DNA of 64,000 bases from Alphaproteobacteria bacterium (lineage in GTDB: Bacteria > Pseudomonadota > Alphaproteobacteria > Puniceispirillales > Puniceispirillaceae): contig JAYOMZ010000005.1 of assembly GCA_038121125.1 (NCBI GenBank), positions 2,355 through 66,354 of the forward strand. Direction: 5' to 3'. Position numbers and translations under genes: made by a program. The notes beneath the pieces are model-generated. The model worked only from the letters and a program-made list of their open reading frames with translations. It was not told the DNA's origin and did no database searches. Positions 57,157 to 64,000 of this stretch are shown here, in pieces (the stretch's first letter is position 1; each line of letters begins with the position of its first letter).

Positions 57157-60100
57157 ATGGTTATCCGGCAGATATACAGGCTAGCTATCCTGACACTTAT
57201 TATCGGTGTTGGGCTGTCCGGTGTTGTGGCTGGCGGCGTGGCGGCATGGCTGCATAGCAAGGGCGGGCTGGATGCGGTGCTGACACGCTATCTGCAAGAA
57301 AGATTTCCTTCTGTAACTATTGGCATAGCAGAAATTGACTGGCAGATAGATGCACATCGCCGCGCCCTTGTGCTTTCGGGTAATCAGGTTCGGCTGATTA
57401 CAGGCGAGCAGACCCTGAATGTCCCCAGCATTGACCTGGTCTTCACACTCTCCTCTCTTGTCAGGCAAATGCCAACAGCGATTGTTATTGATACAGACAG
57501 GCTGGAAGTCACCCATAGCGATATTGGCTGGCAATTTTCCGATGCCCTGCATTGGCAAGCAGATACAGCTTCGGATACCGGCCTGACAGGCCAGAACTTC
57601 CTGAACCGGATAGGCACAATTTGGCCAGATGGGCTGCAAGAGTTGCGGGTGCGTGCCGATGCGCTTGCCATCCGCAGTGATACAAAAAACTGGCAGGATT
57701 TGGATTATTATGATCTGCTATTTGTCGCCGCACCGGAAGGCGGGGTATTTGCCAATGGCAATGTTTTTTTAACAGCGCATCTCTCGCAAATCGCCCGGCC
57801 AGCCGATGCAGATGCTCAACTGCAATTCTCTGCTCAGGCCAATTTATTTTCCAAATGGATGGATTTTACCCTCAAGCTGGAAGATTTTGAAACCGCTGCC
57901 CTTGCCAGCCATTTAACCGCTTATGCAGATAAATTTCCCATGCGCCCGGGCAGAATATCTGCCCAGCTTTCCGGGGCGCTGGATGAGACAGGCTTGCAAA
58001 TATTAAGCGGGTCTATGCGCGCAGAAAATGGACGTATAGAGCCTAGATTTTTTTCTGAAGCAGGCGATGATTTTACCGCCTTTGCTACAAAGCTGGATTA
58101 TAGCGCCGCTGATAATATTCTGAAAATTACCGATGCCCGGCTGGCGTTGGCAGATGGAAAAAAATTTGAGCTGTCTGCGGGGATAACTGGCGTAAAAGAT
58201 GATAAATTAATGCTGTCCGGGCAAGTGATAGCCGATGATATTGCTATGGGTGATATCTTGAAAAAATGGCCGGAAACACAAGCGCCGGCCTTGCGTAAAT
58301 GGCTTGCTGAAAACAGTTCCGGCGGGCGGCTTCGTACTATTGCCTTGCAACTTGCCGGCGGGCTGAACTGGCCGGAAAAAAAGCTGGATATTGCCTCACT
58401 TGGCGTATCGGGGGAAGTTTCCAATTTACGATTATCCTATTCAGACCGCCAATATCAGACCATTGTCGGGACTGTCGGCGGCCAGTTTGAGATGGAAATA
58501 GGAACAGGTGGCCATATTCAAAAGGCAACAGGCTCTATCTCCTTGCGGGATGGTTTTTCGCGTCTATCGGGATTTGCCCCAACGGTAAAAATTCCGCGCC
58601 TGGATGCGGTGATCCGCCATCAGCCGGAAGAAACCATCTTGCAAAATCTGTTTATTGATTTTGGCCAGCATGGACAGATTCTGGCCAATGGCAGGCGCAT
58701 GACAGGGCAGGAAAGCCCGGCAGCAGAAATCAGCCTCAGCCTCCCGAAACTGGATGTTGATTTTGCGCGTCATATCTGGCCGGATTTCTTTGCCGAAAAG
58801 GTAATTGGCTGGATGGATCGTCATCTGGAAAATGGCATTATCAGCGATGGCCAGCTGGAAATCGGGCTTGTCCAGCGCTCAGAAAAATGGGTGGCAACCC
58901 AATTGCAGGGCAGTTTGCCTTTTACCCGGCTCAGCTATCGGCTGCATGAGGGGCTGATGCCGCTAGAACAGATTACAGGACAAATTGATTTTGCAGATAA
59001 TCAGCTGCAAGGGCGTTTTGAGGCCGGGCAGGCGAATAGCCTGGCCATAGAGCAGGCACAAGTTAGCTATGGGCCGTTGCTGGATTATCGCGGCGACAGG
59101 CAGGTGATGTTCAAAACCCTGGCCTATGGGAATGTTGGCGATATTCTCACCATTTTGGATCACCCTAAAATCAATCAGATAGACAAGCTGGGTCTGCGCC
59201 CGCTTACTCTTTCCGGCAAAAGCCGATTTACCCTATCCCTTGCAGGGGTGACCCCGCAAGACAAGCCGATGAAGATAGCTGATATCCGGGTAGATGGAAC
59301 AGTTTCGGATGCCGATATTGACGGGTTGCCGCTTGACCAGCATTTGCAAGAAGGAGCGCTGGTAATATCGGTGGCAGATGGCGAAACCCGGATTTCTGGT
59401 TCTGGCCGTTTATCCGGCATTGAGAGCGATTTTAATTATCGCCGACAGCCGGATAAAAATTTTGAACTGCAATTAAAGCTGGCCAATTCAGAATATATTC
59501 CGGCATGGGTGTCTGAAAAGATAGGCTGGCCCTTATCCGGGGCGGCCGCCGCACGACTGAATGTTACCGGCCGTGCTGGCAGCAGGGATATCAAGGTGAA
59601 TGTCCGCTCGGATGTTACTGATTTGGGTGTTCAGCATGACAGTTTTGAATGGGCGAAGCTACAAGGGGAAAGCGGCTTTATGAATGCCCAGCTTGTTTTT
59701 AAAGAGGGCAAGCTGGCTACAATTGAAGCGATTGATATTGAAACAGGCAGCTTGCGGGCAAAAGGCCGGATAGCGATGGATGCACAAGGCAGGCCCAGCT
59801 TTGGCGTGCTTGAAGATTTGGTGTTCCCCGGTACAGAGCTGGCTTCGGTCTTGTTCGAGATTAATGCAGGCAAGAGCTTGTCTTTTACCGCAGAAGGCAA
59901 AACCTTGAATCTGCAGCCCTTGCGCCGGGATAATAAAATAAAACAGGGTCTGGAAATCGCCTTTGATGTGACCGCAGACAGGATTGTTATTGGCCCAAAA
60001 CTCAGCTTTTCAGGTGTTCTAAAAGGCCAGACCCGGCCAGATGGGAATGGCCAGGCCAGCTTGCAAGGCGCGTTATATGTGAAATCCAAACCCCTGATTA

Positions 60101-60843
60101 GCGAGGCCAGCCTGGAAACACGTTTTGGCCCGGCAGGGGAATATTTGCAAGGGGTAGGGCTGATAGGCGGGGCAGAGGCCGAGCTGTCCTATATGCCAGA
60201 TGACGCAGAGGCAGCAGAGCTGATTATTCTTACAGAAAATGCAGGCCGGGTATTATCGGGGCTGGGCATAACAGATGCCGTGCGGCGTGGCAGGATGCTG
60301 ATGCGCACAAGGTTTAGCGATGCCACTTTTGAGCGTTATTCCACAACTTTTGATGTGGATGATTTTGTGGTTGTCGAAGCCCCGACAGCTGTGCGGATGT
60401 TTTCTGTTTTGTCTCTGGCAGGTCTTTATGGGCTGGTCGAGGGGGAGGGAACCGCCTTTGCCAGAGGTCAGGCCATTATTCATTCGCAAGGCGATCTTCA
60501 TAATCTGGAACGGGTTCAGGCAGGCGGGGCGGCCTTGGGCATCTCACTGGTTGGACAAGTTGATCGCCAGAACCGTACCCTGGATGTAAGCGGCAATCTG
60601 GTACCTGTGAATCTGATTTCCAATATCATCAGCAAAGTGCCGATTGTGGCGGAAATTCTGACAGGGGTGGATAAAACCGGATTATTTGCCACGCAATTTT
60701 CCATGCAAGGCAGCATTGATGAGCCGGAGGTTGGGGTAAATGCGCTTGCCCTTGCCCCTGGCTTGTTAAGGGATCTGTTTAGCCCGGATTGGCTGGGCGC
60801 AGAAAGTAAACGCATTTTTGGTTTGGGCGATGCCCCGCAATAG
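57157..60843 (+). CDS. Large AsmA-like / YhdP-family (DUF3971) envelope protein
   Basis: 1228 aa. A single N-terminal TM (LAILTLIIGVGLSGVVAGGVAAW), a long beta-rich repetitive body, and a C-terminal segment VPIVAEILTGVDKTGLFATQFSMQGSIDEPEVGVNALALAPGLLRDLF resembling the AsmA-like C-terminal region. Confidence 0.7.
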   Translation: MVIRQIYRLAILTLIIGVGLSGVVAGGVAAWLHSKGGLDAVLTRYLQERFPSVTIGIAEIDWQIDAHRRALVLSGNQVRLITGEQTLNVPSIDLVFTLSSLVRQMPTAIVIDTDRLEVTHSDIGWQFSDALHWQADTASDTGLTGQNFLNRIGTIWPDGLQELRVRADALAIRSDTKNWQDLDYYDLLFVAAPEGGVFANGNVFLTAHLSQIARPADADAQLQFSAQANLFSKWMDFTLKLEDFETAALASHLTAYADKFPMRPGRISAQLSGALDETGLQILSGSMRAENGRIEPRFFSEAGDDFTAFATKLDYSAADNILKITDARLALADGKKFELSAGITGVKDDKLMLSGQVIADDIAMGDILKKWPETQAPALRKWLAENSSGGRLRTIALQLAGGLNWPEKKLDIASLGVSGEVSNLRLSYSDRQYQTIVGTVGGQFEMEIGTGGHIQKATGSISLRDGFSRLSGFAPTVKIPRLDAVIRHQPEETILQNLFIDFGQHGQILANGRRMTGQESPAAEISLSLPKLDVDFARHIWPDFFAEKVIGWMDRHLENGIISDGQLEIGLVQRSEKWVATQLQGSLPFTRLSYRLHEGLMPLEQITGQIDFADNQLQGRFEAGQANSLAIEQAQVSYGPLLDYRGDRQVMFKTLAYGNVGDILTILDHPKINQIDKLGLRPLTLSGKSRFTLSLAGVTPQDKPMKIADIRVDGTVSDADIDGLPLDQHLQEGALVISVADGETRISGSGRLSGIESDFNYRRQPDKNFELQLKLANSEYIPAWVSEKIGWPLSGAAAARLNVTGRAGSRDIKVNVRSDVTDLGVQHDSFEWAKLQGESGFMNAQLVFKEGKLATIEAIDIETGSLRAKGRIAMDAQGRPSFGVLEDLVFPGTELASVLFEINAGKSLSFTAEGKTLNLQPLRRDNKIKQGLEIAFDVTADRIVIGPKLSFSGVLKGQTRPDGNGQASLQGALYVKSKPLISEASLETRFGPAGEYLQGVGLIGGAEAELSYMPDDAEAAELIILTENAGRVLSGLGITDAVRRGRMLMRTRFSDATFERYSTTFDVDDFVVVEAPTAVRMFSVLSLAGLYGLVEGEGTAFARGQAIIHSQGDLHNLERVQAGGAALGISLVGQVDRQNRTLDVSGNLVPVNLISNIISKVPIVAEILTGVDKTGLFATQFSMQGSIDEPEVGVNALALAPGLLRDLFSPDWLGAESKRIFGLGDAPQ

Positions 60844-60878
60844 GCTTTTAGCCTGGATTCAGCCCAAAAAGGGTCTGG

Positions 60879-62141
60879 CTAGTTCAGCTGTAAAATCGCC
60901 CGGCGCTTTTTACCTGCTGCGATTTGTGCGCGGCCATCTGTATCAAAATCATCTGCGAGTAATAGCCTGTTTTCATCGCTGATGGCCTGATTATTCAGCC
61001 GTGCCCCGCCCCCGCGTATCAGCCGCCTTACCTCGCCTTTTGAGGCAGCAAGGCCGGATTGCACAAAGACGTCTATCACAGACAGGCTCGCCATATCTGC
61101 CTTGTCAATATCCAGTGTCGGCAGCCCTTCTGCAATGACCCCTTGTGAAAAGCTTTGCCGGGCTGTTTGTTCTGCTTGCCGGGCGGCATCTGCGCCATGG
61201 CACAGGCTGGTTACTTCATTTGCCAGAATGATTTTTGCCTGGTTAATTTCTGCCCCTTCCAGCGCTTCAAGTTTTGTAATTTCACTTTCCGGCAATTCGG
61301 TGAACAGGCGTAAAAACCGGCCGACATCCTGATCTTCGGTATTGCGCCAGAATTGCCAGAAATCAAAAACAGGCAAGCGATCCTCGTTCAGCCAAATCGC
61401 GCCGGCAGCGGTTTTGCCCATCTTCGCGCCTGAAGCGGTGGTGATTAGCGGGCTGGTCAGGCCAAAGATTTCCTGTTGATCCACGCGGCGGGTTAAATCC
61501 ACACCGCTAACGATATTACCCCACTGATCCGAGCCGCCCATTTGCAGCGAACAGCCATAGCGGCGGCGCAATTCCAGAAAATCATAGGCCTGAAGAATGG
61601 CGTAATTAAATTCCAGGAAAGATAAATTTTGCTCTCTTTCCAGGCGCAATTTTACCGATTCCATCCCCATCATGCGGTTGATAGAAAAATGACTGCCAAA
61701 ATCGCGCAAAAAACGGATATAGGCCAGCTGGTCAAGCCATTCTGCATTATCGACCATCAGCGCGTCTGTCGGGCCATCGCCAAAGGTCAGATATTTTTCA
61801 AAAATCTTTTTAATGCCTTGCTTGTTCTGTTCAATATCCTGATCAGACAATAATGGGCGAGCTTCATCCTTACCGGAAGGATCGCCCACTTTGGTAGTGC
61901 CGCCCCCCATCAGAACGATTGGCTTGTGGCCTGTGCGTTGCAACAGGCGCAGCATCATAATCTGGATAAGCGAGCCGACATGCAGGCTGTTAGCGGTACA
62001 ATCAAACCCGATATAGGCAGAGATAGGCTGCTGTTCTGCCAGCCTGTCCAGCCCGTCCAGATTGGTTGCCTGATGCATATAGCCGCGGCTGATCAGGGTC
62101 TTTAAAAATTCAGATTTAGGCGGGGTTACGCTATCATCCAT
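60879..62141 (-). CDS. tyrS: Tyrosine--tRNA ligase
   Basis: HIGH-type motif [13 protein letters not shown]-type motif KMGKTAAG, and a C-terminal S4-like domain; 420 aa. Confidence 0.97.
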   Translation of the reverse strand: MDDSVTPPKSEFLKTLISRGYMHQATNLDGLDRLAEQQPISAYIGFDCTANSLHVGSLIQIMMLRLLQRTGHKPIVLMGGGTTKVGDPSGKDEARPLLSDQDIEQNKQGIKKIFEKYLTFGDGPTDALMVDNAEWLDQLAYIRFLRDFGSHFSINRMMGMESVKLRLEREQNLSFLEFNYAILQAYDFLELRRRYGCSLQMGGSDQWGNIVSGVDLTRRVDQQEIFGLTSPLITTASGAKMGKTAAGAIWLNEDRLPVFDFWQFWRNTEDQDVGRFLRLFTELPESEITKLEALEGAEINQAKIILANEVTSLCHGADAARQAEQTARQSFSQGVIAEGLPTLDIDKADMASLSVIDVFVQSGLAASKGEVRRLIRGGGARLNNQAISDENRLLLADDFDTDGRAQIAAGKKRRAILQLN

Positions 62142-62146
62142 CTATT

Positions 62147-62815
62147 TTACTCTTTTAAATCACTGGGCATATTGCGGCCGTCATCGGTGCGATCCAGATA
62201 GCGCGTAACAGACTCCATCGCTTCATCCAGATGCGTGCTAAAGAAATGATTGGCCCCGTTAATCAAATCAATATCAATGATAACGCCCTTTTGTTTGGAA
62301 ATTTTTTCTACCAGAGCCTGAACGCGCTGGGCAGGGACCTGTTCATTCTCGCTACCCTGTACAATCAGCCCGCTGGCAGGGCAGGGGGCAAGAAAGGTGA
62401 AATCTTGGGTAGTTGCCGGCGGGGATAGTGAAATAAAGCCGGTAATTTCCGGCCGGCGCATCATTAATTGCATACCAATCCATGAGCCAAAGGAAAAGCC
62501 GGCTATCCAGCAAACATTGGAAGACGGGCATTCTGCCTGTAGCCAGTCCATCGCGGTTGCTGCATCGGCCAATTCGCCTTCGCCTTGCTCAAAACTGCCT
62601 TGCGAGCGACCCACGCCGCGAAAATTAAACCGCATCACTGAAAAACCACGTGCCTGAAACAGCTTGTAGGTCGCAAAGGTCAAACGATTATTCATCGTGC
62701 CATTTTTATGCGGCTCGGGATGCAGAACCAGCGCGGTTGGGGCATCGCTTGTCGCACCAGGCATATACCGGCATTCCAGACGACCGGCAGGGCCGTTTAT
62801 AATCACTTCAGGCAT
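62147..62815 (-). CDS. Alpha/beta-fold hydrolase (COG2945-like, function unknown)
   Basis: ALVLHPEPHKNGTMNN, FNFRGVGRSQG, the nucleophile elbow AGFSFGSWIG, and the C-terminal GANHFF; 222 aa. 5 nt upstream of tyrS. Confidence 0.75.
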   Translation of the reverse strand: MPEVIINGPAGRLECRYMPGATSDAPTALVLHPEPHKNGTMNNRLTFATYKLFQARGFSVMRFNFRGVGRSQGSFEQGEGELADAATAMDWLQAECPSSNVCWIAGFSFGSWIGMQLMMRRPEITGFISLSPPATTQDFTFLAPCPASGLIVQGSENEQVPAQRVQALVEKISKQKGVIIDIDLINGANHFFSTHLDEAMESVTRYLDRTDDGRNMPSDLKE

Positions 62816-62968
62816 TTTGGATATTTATCTCCCTTGTGGAAACGCAATTATGGCTTATATCTTAAACATCAAGCTATTCCAAGCCTGTTATGTATGCTTG
62901 AGCCAAAGCCATTGAAAGACTGCCTGATTTTTTGGTATCATGCAGGTAAAAGCCATAAGGAAAATGCC

Positions 62969-63706
62969 ATGCTTGAAAAGCTCAGAGCAGATCTGGAAGC
63001 CATTATTGAACGCGATCCGGCCGCTGGTCACAAGCTGGCTGCGATATTTTTATATCCAAGTTTCCATGTCATGCTTGCCCATCGCCTTGCCCATCCCTTA
63101 TGGCGTATGGGGCTGCGGTTTATCCCGCGCTTTATCATGCAGCTTGCCAGATGGTTTACCGGCATTGAAATACACCCGGCCGCCCGAATAGGGGCAGGCT
63201 TTTTTGCCGATCACGGGATGGGGGTTGTCATTGGCGAGACCGCCATTTTGGGCAAGAATGTTACCCTCTATCATGATGTTACACTTGGCGGGGTGATGCC
63301 AGCGGTGGATTCGCACGCCCAGAAAACTGTCAAGCGCCACCCCACCATCGAGGATGATGTCATCATTGGCGCCGGGGCGCAGATACTAGGCCCTGTCACA
63401 GTGGGAAAATGTGCGCGTATTGGCGGCAATTCAGTGGTGACCAGAGATGTGCCGCAAGGCCAGACAGTCGTCGGTATTCCAGCAAAAACCATCAAGCAAA
63501 ATAGCCGGGATGCCCAGTTCGAAGCCTATGGCGTAAATAATCTGCCAGCAGAAGATGCACAAAGCCGCACTGTAGCTGCCCTGTTTGCCGAGCTGGAAAC
63601 CTTGCGGATGCGGCTAAATGCGCTGTCCGGTGGCGAGGCGCAGGTTAAAGCCCCTGCCAGCCAGGAGCTGGCAGAACCGTCTAAACAGGATACCGCTTCC
63701 AAATAG
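62969..63706 (+). CDS. cysE: Serine O-acetyltransferase
   Basis: Trimmed to the ATG at 62969: MLEKLRADLEAIIERDPAA. GIEIHPAARIGAGFFADHGMGVVIGETA and hexapeptide repeats follow. The longer ORF prefix overlaps the divergent hydrolase gene. Confidence 0.9.
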   Translation: MLEKLRADLEAIIERDPAAGHKLAAIFLYPSFHVMLAHRLAHPLWRMGLRFIPRFIMQLARWFTGIEIHPAARIGAGFFADHGMGVVIGETAILGKNVTLYHDVTLGGVMPAVDSHAQKTVKRHPTIEDDVIIGAGAQILGPVTVGKCARIGGNSVVTRDVPQGQTVVGIPAKTIKQNSRDAQFEAYGVNNLPAEDAQSRTVAALFAELETLRMRLNALSGGEAQVKAPASQELAEPSKQDTASK

Positions 63707-63744
63707 CTGTTATCGATAGAGCGATGAGAGAGAAGATAACCGGT

Positions 63745-64000
63745 ATGATGCCTGTCTATCTGGATTATAATGCGACCGCCCCTTTGTTGCCGCAAGCAGC
63801 AGAGGCGATGGCGGGTCTGGCCAATATCCCGGCCAATCCTTCTTCTATTCATCATTTTGGCCGGATGGCACGTGCCAGGCTGGATAATGCCAGAGGCCAG
63901 CTGGCAGCCGCGCTGAATATATCTGTACATGATATTATTTTTACCAGTGGCGGGACAGAGGCCAATAATCTGGTTCTGGGCAATTTTCGCCATATCATTA
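63745..64000 (+). CDS. Cysteine desulfurase (NifS/IscS/SufS class V aminotransferase), 5' fragment running off the window
   Basis: MMPVYLDYNATAPLLPQAAEAM...IIFTSGGTEANNL read in the frame of the ATG at 63745, with no stop before the window end. It is not in the supplied ORF track because it is truncated. Confidence 0.8.
   Translation, partial: MMPVYLDYNATAPLLPQAAEAMAGLANIPANPSSIHHFGRMARARLDNARGQLAAALNISVHDIIFTSGGTEANNLVLGNFRHII

Noticed and set aside
1-64000. I scanned spacers and ORF products for CRISPR arrays, tRNA/rRNA genes, transposases, integrases, phage genes, toxin-antitoxin pairs and defence systems.
   Set aside because: None were recognised by eye. Every spacer is under 650 nt and every long ORF product matches a housekeeping or metabolic family. 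A tRNAscan/Infernal run would be needed to exclude small RNAs formally.

Overview
By my gene calls this is a gene-dense (about 92% coding) chromosomal segment of an alphaproteobacterium. The assignment rests on a GAAC-N7-GAAC direct-repeat LexA box, the fdxA-carD-rpoH and xseB-ispA-dxs neighbourhoods, the NDUFA12-like/MlaD/DUF2155 trio and the aroQ-accB-accC-aat block. GC content is near 50% and many genes overlap or abut, which suggests a streamlined, possibly marine genome; that part is inference only. I call 52 protein-coding genes, almost all recognisable housekeeping functions: isoprenoid, shikimate and fatty-acid biosynthesis, Clp protease, class II RNR, RNase E, cell-wall enzymes, RF2, TyrS and CysE. 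I recognised no rRNA, tRNA, CRISPR array, transposase, integrase, phage gene or defence gene. Two modules look accessory. (1) At 12.2-21.6 kb is a methylated-amine/glycine-betaine demethylation island: a DMGDH-family dehydrogenase, a non-pyrrolysine MttB-family methyltransferase and soxBDAG. It is flanked by an M20D amidohydrolase translationally coupled to a small membrane protein. (2) At 23.4-29.4 kb is a LexA-boxed imuA-imuB-dnaE2 SOS mutagenesis cassette whose imuA and dnaE2 genes each carry near-perfect in-frame tandem nucleotide repeats. I did not find a clearly novel multi-gene system. The best candidates for under-described biology are the orphan MttB-like enzyme, which has no corrinoid partner in the window, and the conserved but functionally unexplained NDUFA12-like/MlaD/DUF2155 cluster. 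The remaining candidates are the in-frame repeats and a few regulatory sites: an NrdR-like palindrome, a sigma-54-like motif and palindromes in the catabolic island. All product calls rest on my recognition of translated motifs, not on database searches.
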